A stretch of 64,000 nucleotides of DNA from Guillardia theta CCMP2712. Its lineage: Eukaryota > Protista > Cryptophyta. Both the position numbers and the translations under genes were made by a program. Below, in pieces: positions 1-11,923 of this stretch. The DNA lies in NCBI RefSeq assembly GCF_000315625.1, contig NW_005434543.1, forward strand, positions 125,963-189,962, given 5' to 3'. How positions within the stretch are numbered: the stretch's first letter is position 1; every line of letters starts with the position of its first letter. The notes under the pieces were generated by a model. That model searched no databases. It was given only the letters and a program-made list of their open reading frames with translations, and was not told where the DNA came from.

Positions 1-2798
1 GGGCATGGCTGTCAGTGCTGACCTGCTCGCTCACCTTCAGCTTCTCGAGTTCGCCGAGGTTGACGCGTCCAAGGCCTTCCTCCACCGATGCCTCGTCGTG
101 AGCAGCGAGCTCCTGCGCACCTTCACCCGGCTCGATCAGATCGCCGTGGGAGGCATCCCCGATCTCGTCAAGGAATTCTGCGAGACTATGATTCAGGCAC
201 TCTCCTCCTCTCCCTTCCCTCTCCCTCTTGATCCTCCCCTTCCTCCTCCTCTCCTCCTCTGACGTGCAGAGATAGGACGAGAACGATGATATCAGAAAGG
301 AGGCCCTCGAATGCCTGGGGCTCTTCTGCTTGCTCGACGAGCACATCGCCGCAAGCTACATCCCGCTCTTCCTCCAAGTCCTCGCACATGACACCGAGAA
401 GCTCCAGGCAAGAAGAGACTCCTCCTCCCTCCCTCCCTCCTCCTCCTACCTTCATCCCTCCTCTTGGCTCCTTCAGGTCACCTTGCTGCAGGTTTGTGCT
501 CTCAGCGCGATCCTCGACATTCTGCTGGTCTTCAAGCAGAGCGACTGGAACAAGGTAGAGGGGAGGGGGAGAGGAGGAGGAGGAGGGAGCGATCAGGTCC
601 TGACAGATCGACAGGTGCCTGAGAATTTGCTGGAGGTAGGAGGGGATTCAGCTGCCGGCACGTCGGTGTGGCAGCAAGTCGTCCAGTCCCTCTCCAACGG
701 CTCCTTCCTGCTCCGAGCCACCGCAGCTGAGGGCCTTGCGAAGCTCTTGTACGCCGGAAGGTGCTCCTACTGGCTCCTCCCGCTCCCTCCCTCTCTTGAT
801 CTGACTCGATTCTCATCCTTGTTGACTTGTTGTTCAGGCTGAGAGCAGCAGGACATGAAGTTGAGAAGCAGGTGACTGTCCTCCTCCCTCCCTCNNNNNN
901 NNNNNNNNNNNNNNNNNNNNNNNNNNNNNNNNNNNNNNNNNNNNNNNNNNNNNNNNNNNNNNNNNNNNNNNNNNNNNNNNNNNNNNNNNNNNNNCCTTTA
1001 CATCGCCTAACAAGAGTACTTCCTCGTAACCCCTTTCCCTCCCCTCCCCTCCCTCCCTCCCCTCCCTCCCTCCCTCCCTCCCCTCCCTCCCCTCCCTCCC
1101 CTCCCCTCCCCTTCCCTCCCCCTCCACTCCTGTCACTCCCATCGTCGTTCATTTTGACTAGCCATGTCAATACCTCCCTCCTCCCATCCTCTACATGCAC
1201 ACAACGCCTGACATGTCCTGCAGACCACCCTTGCCCTTCTCTTCGCCTACTTCGCCTCGTCAGCTGGTTCGTCTCCCTCGACCTCCTCGACCTGCCTGAC
1301 TGTCAACAGAGGAAGAATCGGCCATGAGACAGTGCCTTGCTGTCTTCTTCCCAACCTTCGCGGTCTCCTCCCCTCCCCTCCCCTCCTCTCCTCTCCTTTT
1401 CAACCATCTCCTTACACAAGTCCTGCAGGCTAAGGAGGCTGACAACCTCCTCGTCCTCGGCGCCATCGCTCTGCCTGCCCTTCGCATCATCCTGGAGGCT
1501 CCTCGGGTCTTCTCCTCATCTTCTTATCTTATCTTATCTTGTCTTGTCTTGTCTCTCAGGGTTCGCCGCTAGCCAAAGTCAACGCCCTTCAAGTCGGCCA
1601 GTACCTGTTGTCCCTCCTCGAAGATGTGGGAAACTGCTCCTCCTCCTCCTCCTCCTCCTCCTCTCCCCCTCCTTATTCTCATCTGTTTGCGCAGGCGGCC
1701 AAGGGAGAGGATGCCATCAAGGCGAGCAAGAGAGCGAAGCTGACCATCGCCAGTCTCATCTGCGAGGAACTCACCGGCTGTGACTCCTCGGCCTCTGTCA
1801 AGGTCCTTCCCCCCCCTCCTCCCTCCTCCCTCCTCCTCTTGCTTCTTCCTCCTAGTGTAGCTGCCTTCGCCTCTCCTTGCTCGTTCTGTCGTTCGCCTCC
1901 TCTCTGCCAGCTCGCCCTCACCCTCGTTTCAGGTGTATTCTCGCCTCCTCACCAATGTGGAGCTCAAACTCTCCAAGAATCAGAGCAGAGTAATCCTTCT
2001 CCTCCTCCTCCTCCTCCTTCTCCTCCTCCTCCTTCTCCTCCTCCTCCTTCTCCTCCCTCTCCCTCTGCTTTTTTCTTCTCCTTCCTCACCTGAAGTTCAT
2101 TCCAGGCCCTCAGCTCCGTTGCCAAGAAAGCGTTCGAAACTCTTGACGATGGCATCGCACAGGTACCTCCTCCTCCTCCTCCTCCTCCTCCTCCTACTCC
2201 TACTCCTACTCCGCCTCCTCCCTGTGCTCTGACCGATTGCTAGTCTTCAGTGCGCAGGTTCATCTCTCAGCTCGAGGAGGCGGAGGAGACAGCAGAGGAG
2301 GTTCAGCCCTGCTTCTCCCTCCCCTCCGTCGACAGCCTGAGCGAGGCCCTGACCTCCTTCCTCGTCGCCTCGCGGCTGCTGCTGCAACAGGAGGAGGAGG
2401 AGGAGGAGGGAGAGACAGGGAGAGCAAAGAAGGTGGTGGCGAAGAAGACGACGAGGAGCGTGCGGGGAAGGAGGGAGGAGGGAGACAAAGCCCAGGTCCT
2501 CTCCCCTCACAGTCCCCTGCGCGTGAGGAGGTCGACGAGGACTCGAGCGTCAGCCAAGACGACGCAGAAGGAGGAGGAGCTGGACAACCTGCTGCAGGAG
2601 CTGGTGGGCTCGATGCCTCCCCCTCCCTCCTGGTGCTGAGCTGAGTGCAGGAGAAGGAGCAGCAGGAGGAATGGCTCGGGAGAAAGAATGTGGATGAGAT
2701 GGAGGTGAGAACGGGGGGGGCGCTTGGGCGCGGGAGTGACAAATGTACAGGAGGATGAAGACGAGGAGGACGAAGACGAGGAGGAGGAGGAGGACTAA
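1..2798 (+). CDS. NCAPG: Condensin complex subunit 3 (CAP-G/YCG1 family), multi-exon, 5' end outside the window
   Basis: Spliced exons give IRKEALECLGLFCLLDEHIA..., LRATAAEGLAKLLYAGR and MRQCLAVFFPTFA, which are typical Cnd3 HEAT motifs. Acidic C-terminal tail ends at TAA 2796-2798. Confidence 0.85.
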
Positions 2799-2871
2799 CT
2801 GTAGCAAGAGGAGGAGACGACTAACTGTGCAATGCGGAGGGGGAGGAGGAGATGTAATCGTTAATTTACAT

Positions 2872-4811
2872 TCACTGACATGCTTCAACTTGTTTGTCGT
2901 GCTCCTGCTCCTGCGTCGTCAGCCCATGGTGGAGCCTCCGAGGAAGAAACCTGAATGAGAGTGATGATGGCCGCGGCGATGTCGTGAGCAGCGTGAGGGT
3001 TCGAGTTGGCCTTGCGAGAGGCGTCGGACTGGATGACAAGGCGAATCAGATCGACCGAGGAGGAGGAGGGGGAGGTAGCGGAGGGGACCCAGCTGGAGGG
3101 GGAGGTAGCGGAGGGGACCCAGCTGGAGGGGGGGGGTAGTGGAGGGGACCCAGCTGGAGGGGGAGGTGGCAGACGCAGCTGGAGGGGGAGGTAGTGGAGG
3201 GGAGGACGACCAGGTGGTGGAGGAAGAGCGATAGAGGAATGAGATTCTCACCAGTTTGCGGAGGGTTGGCTGATCGTTGAGCCAGGAGAGAACAACTTGT
3301 GCAGCCTTGTTAGCGTCAGGCTCGAAGCCTCCCATGCCTCTCTTGAGCACAAAGTCGACGTTGGCCTCCTCCTGCTGGCCGTCAGTCGAGAAGGAGAAGC
3401 AGATGGAGGAGGAGACCTGTCCGGGAAGGAAGTCGTAGACCATGCAAGGGCGACCACAAGCAGCTGCCTCGGCTATGGAGCCTGCAAGGAGATGATGATG
3501 ATCACGCGTGAGAGCAGCATGATCAGCATATCCATGTTTAGAGACGATGACGTCACTTGCGAGCATGTACTCCTCGACATTGTCCAGGAACCCAACCACT
3601 CTGACCTTGACACGCTCCCTCCCTCCCTCCTGCTCGCCTTCTTCTCCCTCCTGCTCGCCTTTTCCCTTCTCTCCTCCCTCCTGCTCCCCGAGCTCTTGGC
3701 TGCTCCTCGACTCCTGTTCATGGGCTTGGGTCGGTCGCTCCTCCCCGTCCTGTTCTAGTTCGCATCCCTTGGGCCACTTGAAGCGCTCGAGCTTCTGGCG
3801 GAGCTTCTGATTCCTCCCGCAGACTGCTGGAGTGAGAGGAGGAGGAGAAGGAGGAGATTTCACTCACCGATGACTAGATGGGACTTGACGTTGCTCTCCG
3901 CCAGATGCCTCCCCAAGGATTTCGCGATCTACGATTGGGATAAGATCGGAGCAAGAGCAGAAGGAAAGAAGGAAATGGAGCAGGAGGAACGAGGAGGAGA
4001 GCAGCTTAACAGGTCTTGACCTGATCTAACTTTCCCATGCCTTCTCCTCCTCCTATCGCCAGGACAACCTTCGCGTCTCCCTCCAGCTTGAGCTTCCGCC
4101 GCTTCTCCTGCTTCGCCTCCTCCCCCCCATCCAGATGCCAGAAGCCCTGCCGGAGCGGAAGGCCAAAAACCTGCACCTGCGAGTGCGTGAGAAAGAGGTG
4201 AAAGGAGGGGACGGAGAAGAAGAGGGGGGAGGTCAAGAAAGGTTGAGGGAGGAGGAGGAAGGAGAAGGAGGCAGGAGGCAGGAGGCAGGAGGCAGGAGGC
4301 AGGAGGCAGGAGGCAAGAGGCAGGAGGCAGGAGGGAGGCAGGAGGAGGCAGCAGAAGCAGCAGCAGGTTCACTTGTTCTTTTCGCATGCCACATGTGATG
4401 GCAGTCTCATACATTTCCTCGGTAGGAACAAAAACCTGCCATGCATTTTCAACTCCTCCTGCTCCTGCTTCCCCTCCCCCCTCCCCCCCCCCTCCCCCTC
4501 CCCCTCCCCCTCCCCCTCGCACCTTGTCGACAGACACGTTGAACCACCAAGGATGCGCCTCCCCCAAGTCCGTCACGCACGTCACGAAAGGAATTCTCTT
4601 GCTCCTGTCCTGGGGCTTCGCAGGGTTAGCGACTTTCTGAGCTACGAGGGAGGAGGAAGGAGAGGAAGAAAGAAGAACACAAGAAGGGCAAGCTAGAGAA
4701 AGGGTGGACGGAAACGATTCAAGAACAACTGGAGGGAGCAGGGACAGGGTGAAGGTAGGAAGAATAGGTGCAGCGAACAACGAGCTGCGAGAAGGTGGAG
4801 CAGGAGCAGGT

Positions 4812-4843
<32 letters not shown>

Positions 4844-5493
4844 TACCATAAAGTGCTCGAGGGGGATCACTTGCATGATCGGATGTACAGACACGACCAG
4901 GTCCGGCATCTCAGCGGCCAGGCACCTCCTGTACCCTGACCGTACCGTTGGCTCCAGGATCTTGGCCGTCGTTCCTCCCGCGTACCCTCCCGTCCTGTCA
5001 ACCTTCTCCGACGTCCTCTTGGTGTGATGGAAGATGTTCGCCCATACGTGCGGGTACGCCACCCACCAGTTGTAGAGTCGGTTCGAGAACCAAAGCGTGT
5101 AGTCCTCCTGCTCATCCTTCAGCTCCGACTCTGACTCCCTCTTGCTCCTGCTCCACTCCCCTTCCTCGCCGTGCCCCTCGCGATGCCCCGCCACTTTTCA
5201 CCCAACGCTGAGCAACTCTCTACCTTGCTCTCCTGTTCTCCTTCTCATCCTCCCTTGTCCTCGCTCCTCCCTACACTTCAACCTTGCACCTCCACCTCTC
5301 TCCCTCCTGTTCCTCTACCTCCTCCTGCTCTCACCAGCACATCCACTATCTTGACTTCCAGCTGGTCCTCAGGCATCATCAAGTGTAGCGCTGCCTTGAG
5401 CGAGTTGGCCGAGGCTCGATGACCCCCTCCTGCATCTCCTCGTAAGTGTGACACCCAGACGCATCTTCATCCCATCATCATCATCATCATCAT

Positions 5494-5563
<70 letters not shown>

Positions 5564-5779
5564 GCCATCATCATCTCCATCATCCTCTCCGTCACCTGTG
5601 TCAGACATCATGATCAGAATCTTCTTCCTTCGAGGAGCTTCCCTCTTCTTGTCTGCTGCAGCATCTTCATTCAGCTACGGAAGAGGCGCGTCAAGCTCTC
5701 CAACCTCCAGCGTCCTGATGCTCGCCATGAGCGGTCGCTTCCTCTACCCCGTCGCTCTTCTTTGACTTGGGAGCGCCAT
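2872..5779 (-). CDS. MGD: Monogalactosyldiacylglycerol synthase (GT28 family), multi-exon; extra 5' exons may extend to about 6120
   Basis: Motifs ILIMMSDTG-GGHRASA, VVSVHPIMQ, PFVTCVTDL, VFGLPLRQGF, IGGGEGMG, VCGRN, GFLDNVEEYMLASD and DFLPGQEEANVDFV. Confidence 0.92.
3062..3205. repeat. About 30-nt G-rich minisatellite (GGAGGGGACCCAGCTGGAGGGGGAGGTAGC-like, about 4 copies) in an MGD intron
   Basis: Direct tandem copies visible. Confidence 0.8.
5474..5590. repeat. (ATC)n microsatellite in an MGD intron
   Basis: Visible trinucleotide run. Confidence 0.95.
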
Positions 5780-7440
5780 TCTTCATCTCCCTTCCCGCCC
5801 AACAGTATCAGCAGGCAGCTCAACAGATGCATCGACTGCTCACTGGAGATCGAGCGAGATATGACGCCATACGCGCTTCATGTAGTTGTTGAAATGTCCC
5901 ACCTGAGCCAAGTCATGAAGAGAGTCGACTGAGGACCCAGAAGGAGCGAGATGAATGAGATCGGGGTCAGAGATATGGACAAACCTCCTCAAGCACTTCA
6001 GTCTTGATGGTGTGGATCATGCTGCTCAACTACAAAGCGGCTAGAGGGAGATACGTATTAGAACACACGACGTACTCATGTCAGGAATCGTTCGCATGCA
6101 GCTCCTTCCTTTCAGTTGCCATGGCTAATTCCATCCCCTGATTGCTCTACGGTATCGAAAGGAAGATGAAATGAACATTCTGATTCATCTCCCCACAAGC
6201 TCCTTCCCTTCCCTGTCCATGATCCTATTTCGTGACGATTCCTGCCCCTGCTCCTGCTCTCATCTCACCACCCGCCTTCTTCTCTCCCACCTCTTCATCG
6301 ACCTACTCCTCATGATCCTCCTCCCATGATCCTTCTCGCTCTGCTTGCCCTCCTCCTCCTCCTCCTCCTCCTCCTCCCCTTGCCCCCTCGATCCCTCGTG
6401 TCCTTCCAGCATTTCTCAGTCCCCCACGTCACCACCACCCCCTTCCTCCCCTAGCACTACCCACCCTTCGCAGACCCTGACCCCAACCCAGTTTCGACCT
6501 CCTTCGAGGCCCCCCTACACCCACCATTGAAAACTATTTTAGTTCACCCTACCCTATTTTTACGACTCATTTTCTGTTTAAAGTACCCGTACTCGTTTGA
6601 CCCTACCCCTTCAATTCGTATATCAACTTGTTAAGACTACCCCCTTGAATCTCCACCCACGTACATCTCCTGGCAATTCAATAAAGATTAGCTTAGTGCA
6701 TTTCGAATATATTATTTAAGCTGATTTACTAAAAATTGTACTCTTGCCCAAGGCCCGGGCCGGCCAGCGCGCGGCCGCCGGGACTGAGCCGGGCCACTGA
6801 GATGCCAACTTCAAGCCTGATGCGCGGGGCGATGTAGATGCGTGTCGCCACTGATGCCTGTTTCATATGATGATGGCATTTGGGAAGCAGATCGTGCTGC
6901 CAGCGTGTATTGAAATCACGGCAGTGATAAAAGACAGGGAGAGAGCGTAAAGAATCAACTAAGAATGAAGTTTGGCAAAAGAATGAAGGATCATCCGGAA
7001 CGTCCAGATCCGCGAACGCAAACTGCCTCGGCCGCTGCAATTTGCATTCGCAACGCTGCTGCTGCTGCGTGTAGTGGAGTACAGAGCGCATGCCCTGTGC
7101 TTAAACCTGTACTTGGCAAAGAGAAACTGGTGTCGACCTCGGAAGAGACGAAAGGAATGTTCAAGCTCACCCTGCAAAAAAGTAAGGTCTCTTCCAACAT
7201 CTCAGATGGCCACACACCCTCCGAAGAGTTGTGGCACTGGTGCACAGTTGATGAGGCAAGGGTTCGTGCGGCATGGAATCGAGGAAAGGTCCGTCTTTGC
7301 AGACTTCGCCCTGCTACAACGTTACAATATGTTCTCCTCCCATCCGATTTTGACTCACGATCGCTGAAATTCCATTTGTGCAAAGTTGTCATCAAACCTT
7401 CACAAACATCGTGAGAACAACCAAACACAAGCAAGAAGGA

Positions 7441-8673
7441 TTACCATCGACAATGAAGAGCAGAAGACGCCTTTGTCCTGAAGGCCGGGTCCAGCTGGAA
7501 TGTTCCAAGCAGGAATCCAAGCATGTGAACCAGGCCAGGATGCCCCAACCGCTGGAAAAGAGGAAGCACAGTCATCACAGCTTTCTCCTTGTCGTAGTTT
7601 CTGTCATAGCAGATGTCCCCCCCGGAGACCTCGGGCCACATCACTCGAGACCTCAGCTTATCGATGCAGTACGATACAGCAGCCCCTGATCGTTGAAGCA
7701 TGTACGACGGTATTCTCCCGCAAAGCCGTTGAATCATTGCCAGGTGCTGTGCTGGATCAATGGTTTCGAACGTTCGTTCCCCTTCAAACATTTCTAGCAC
7801 GATGCATCCGACACTCCACATGTCACACGGGTATGACCATTCTAGCCCCAGCAACACCTCAGGCGCTCTGTAGTACGAGGTTTGAACTACTGTACCCGCA
7901 GGGCCACCATTCCAGGACGCACATCCGAAATCGATCAACTTCACCGACAGCGAAGGATCATCTAACGTCATTCCCGGTCTCGCCATCACCACATTCTCAG
8001 TCTTGAGATCAGCATGTACCAGCCCTGCCTTGCTGAGAAAGTCTAGAGCTTCACACAAATCTTTTGCAATCTTCCGTGCGATCTCCATCCTGACCCCACG
8101 GGAACGTCCTCCGTTGGTGCGGTACTCCTGTAGCGCATGATGCAAGTTGTCCCCCAGTAGTTCCGTCACAATACACAGATGTCCGAACGCATGGAAGTGA
8201 GTGTAGGGTTGCACACAGTATCGACTAGCCCCCTCCCGACGAGCCAAGATATTGAGCTTGCTCGCTTCGACCAGTGCGTCTTCAGTCGACCGCTCGTCCC
8301 TTCGGACTACTTTCATAGCCACCAGTACGTTGCGTTTCGAGTCCCATGCGGAGAAGCACACACCGAATGTGCCCCTCCCAACTTCATGGCGAGTCAGGTA
8401 TCTGTCGAAGACAACCATGTTTGAGATTATGTTGGTGTCATCATTGCTGCTGATCTGGGGATGGATGGTGAGGATGTTCTGATAGAGGAAGGGGCTGCGC
8501 TGCGAAGGGAACTGGTCTGCTACGGTAACATTGTGACCTTGAGGAGGAAGGCTGCACATGGATGCTAACGGGAGGATGTCCAGAGAGGACAAGGAGGACT
8601 GCCAAGAGCCCAGGGCCTCCTCATCGGCTTGGTACCTCCTCTTACGACTGTGGAAAGGAAGTATTTCCATCAT
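7441..8673 (-). CDS. CLK/LAMMER-type (CMGC) protein kinase, intronless
   Basis: GRGTFG, VAMK, HADLKTEN, DFG, QTSYYRAPEV, DMWSVGC and QHLAMIQRLCG (a variant of the EHLAMMERILG signature) in one 410-aa ORF. Confidence 0.88.
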   Translation of the reverse strand: MMEILPFHSRKRRYQADEEALGSWQSSLSSLDILPLASMCSLPPQGHNVTVADQFPSQRSPFLYQNILTIHPQISSNDDTNIISNMVVFDRYLTRHEVGRGTFGVCFSAWDSKRNVLVAMKVVRRDERSTEDALVEASKLNILARREGASRYCVQPYTHFHAFGHLCIVTELLGDNLHHALQEYRTNGGRSRGVRMEIARKIAKDLCEALDFLSKAGLVHADLKTENVVMARPGMTLDDPSLSVKLIDFGCASWNGGPAGTVVQTSYYRAPEVLLGLEWSYPCDMWSVGCIVLEMFEGERTFETIDPAQHLAMIQRLCGRIPSYMLQRSGAAVSYCIDKLRSRVMWPEVSGGDICYDRNYDKEKAVMTVLPLFQRLGHPGLVHMLGFLLGTFQLDPAFRTKASSALHCRW

Positions 8674-8899
8674 AGTGATCTGAGATTGTTTCTACAGTGG
8701 CTGTAGAATGATCAATCTGTGCACGGAAAGTCCTGCATTCACTTGGCGATCCTCACAATAGTGCGGAGGAGGATCCCAGTCGGAGTTCGGAAATAGGATC
8801 GAACGGGAGGGCCGGAATGAGGATTGTTATGAAAAACGAGCAGAAGAAGGATGATGCGGGCGGGAGAGGAGAAGAAAGTAGAGTGTTTTTGTGAAGCAG

Positions 8900-8900
8900 A

Positions 8901-8957
<57 letters not shown>
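8900..8957. repeat. (GGAGCA)n microsatellite
   Basis: Visible hexamer run. Confidence 0.9.
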
Positions 8958-11109
8958 CTGTTCAGCGCGAGTGAGGTTGGTGGTGGAGGGGGTTTGTGGC
9001 GCCTGTTTTAACCCTGCAAATAAACTTAATATGTGCTATTAGCAATCACAGGTCTTATTTAACCACCCACCCTTCCCTGTATCTCTGTTCCCAAAGAAGG
9101 CTTTCTAAAACCAGTGAGGTAGTGGGATGTATATATTGTGATACTAATGGCCGACGTGTCAGATCCAGACCGGAGGCGAGTATGTCAATACCACCCTACC
9201 CAGTGGAACGGAGTAGTAAACATATAAATCGTGTTTTATACCAATAGCAGATAAATGGCTTATGGTACCCGTGGAAATTTTCTTTTTTTCATTCGGGTGA
9301 AAACGGAACGGTTGGACTAAATTTGATCCATGTCAAAAAAACATGTTTTAAATATAAAACTTGAGATGTAAATCTACATTGATGTTTTAAATTCAAACTC
9401 GAAAGGGAAGGGTTTGGAATCCTACCGAGAGGGTGGTACCCTACCCCTCTTCTATCGTCACTTTGATGGGAAATCGCAGGGTACAGCATATTAACTTCAA
9501 ATCAAACGCCTTCATCCGGTTTGTACCCCTCTTTCCGCCCTCTCGACTGACCGCGATTGTACCCTACCTCCTCAGTAAGCCCTTTAGCTCAGGTAAGAGG
9601 GGGTCATCATGGACCTCACGATAGAACCACTTCTCAAGTTGCCCCTCATCCCTTCCAACTTACCACATGACTGACTACCCCACCCTTTAAACGACATGAA
9701 TGAAGGCTTCAAGTATGGGGTACCTGGTCATTGCCTCACCACCCGGTCACTTCCCTATAAACTTGTATAAAACTAGGGGTTCTTTTTCCGGATCCCCCGG
9801 GACTCCCGTCGTGCGCAGGCTTGTTTTGCCCGGGCAACAGGTTTGACCATAGGGCCCTAGGACCCGTATCTTATGCCTCCTTGTTCCTAGCACCCGGGGC
9901 TATTAAGGGCTATCAACAGCAGGCTTGCCCTAAATTCCCACCGTCCCCTAGTGCGATAGGACCAAAGAATATCTCTGATGGATATGACTCCTATGACCTC
10001 AGCAGTCTGTAAGAGTGATCCTAGGACCGGGATACCGCAGCTCCGGTACCGCAAGAAACCAAGACCTCTTAGGGGACCGGAGGGTTGGTATGACCCTCCT
10101 AGCTACCCCTAAGTACCTGTTCGCCCTGTTATATCCACTTTTGACCTCAGCGGTCAAATAAACTGCCACCTCAAACGCCCGGAAAGAAGGAAGAGGCGTT
10201 CTAACCCCTCCTCTACGCCTGGAAACTACCCCACCCATCGTCTTCCTGCCCCCTACATTCCACACCCCTGCCTGCAGATCCTTTTTGACTTGAGAAGGCT
10301 CAGGGTAAGCGAGGGGGTGGTAGGTTATGGGTATCGAGGGTGGTCTAGAAGATGGGGGTAGTCTCGTTAGAGAGTTTCCTCTTTTTGAACAATCACTTTT
10401 TACACACTAAATTGTTTTAGAAGGGTATGCGCCTACTGAATGGTACAAATCTTTCTGCTTGTTGACTGATCATATAAATAATTTTCGCGAATGGATTTCA
10501 GAAGGTAAATTTCATTTGTTGCCGGGGATTTTATAAAAGGGTTGTAATCGCATACAATAGTACTATAACAGATAGGCTGTCATCTTTAAAAGGTATTAGT
10601 AGTTTAAATCTATTTTTATCCCTGCTGTGTTGTTGCTTTCCCGGGGAAGGTACGGTCTCTGCCCTCGCCATGACGGCTTCTCGTGTTCCGCCCATACCGG
10701 GTGGTTTCAACTCTATCGAGGTAAAGTTTCAAAGTTTGACTGAATTATTCAAATTTAATCAAACTTTTGAAGTTCTTGAGCGCACCAGGCCCTTTTTGTT
10801 TTCTGTGAGTTCTACCGAACTTGCAAACCACTCGGATCTAGGTCACGTTACTCTCCGGTATGGTACCGTGACTGGTCAAAAATTCGATGTTGGGGGTCAA
10901 ACGGACACGTATCCTCCAAAAGACTCGTTTTCGTTCTCCTTGGGTCTACGGACGGGCCGCGGGCTGCCACGGTCGCCGGAAGCGCCCGGAGGCCCGGAGG
11001 CGACGGTCACGGCCCGAGTCGGCCCGGCCCCGGCGGGCGGGTGCCAAGGGCGACGGGACGGTCCGACGGACGTCAGTCTCAGCCAGGCGGCAGCCCGGCC
11101 GTGATGGAT

Positions 11110-11203
11110 CGTATGCCAGCCGTGCCAGTCAGATAGCGCCGAGTTAACAAAAAACTCTCCTCAGGCCCTGTAAAGGCAAGACGACCTACCGTACGTGTTT
11201 CCG
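11110..11203 (+). repeat. Dispersed repeat copy 1 (42-bp exact core plus diverged flank)
   Basis: 11110-11151 is the exact reverse complement of 46568-46609; CTGTAAA..AAGACGAC.TAC.GT similarity continues beyond it. Confidence 0.9.
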
Positions 11204-11569
11204 AAGGCGGCCGTTGAATGTGGTACAGAGACGACTATCATCGGATGCTTGCCAACTTGAAGTTGGGATGCTAGAGTTCAACTAACAAACTTGTGCTCGG
11301 CTTCACGAACCGTTAACCATACCTGGCCCCGGCCGGGGGGCTGTCAGTGTTCAACGGTTCATCTGCCAGGGGGCCGGGCGGCGCCTGGCCCGTGGGCCCG
11401 TGGCGTCCGGCGGCGATCGCGCTGTGGCACCCGGCCGGTGACCTGATTAAGTATCCTCGGAGATACACGTGGTACTCTCCAGGGAACGGCCGGAGATTTC
11501 CCGCCATTGCGCCAGGAGAGAAGAGAACGATATCACGATATGGCAGAGGCGAGATGACAAGAGAAGCGA

Positions 11570-11720
11570 CATCACATCACATCACATCATATCACATCAC
11601 ATCACATCACATCACATCACATCACATCACATCACATCACATCACATCACATCACATCACATCACATCACATCACATCACATCACATCACATCACATCAC
11701 ATCACATCACATCACATCAT
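11570..11720. repeat. (CATCA)n pentanucleotide microsatellite
   Basis: Visible run. Confidence 0.95.
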
Positions 11721-11923
11721 CAAGAAAGAGCAGCGACAAAGCCAATCGTTCGCAAAGGAGGCAGAGAAAGGTAATGAGAGAAGTCAGGTTCTGTAGGAGA
11801 ACGAAGAGGTTCTGCAGAGACGTCTCCGTATGGCGATAAAACCATGGCCACTTGACTTGAACTGAATTCTTGAACACGCCTCCTTGATTTCAAGGGGAAC
11901 ACGTTGCTGATGCTTCGCCTCAG

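Noticed and set aside
6965-7414. ORF starting MKFGK (SPX-like start)
   Set aside because: No further SPX motifs; it could be a gene remnant but cannot be supported.
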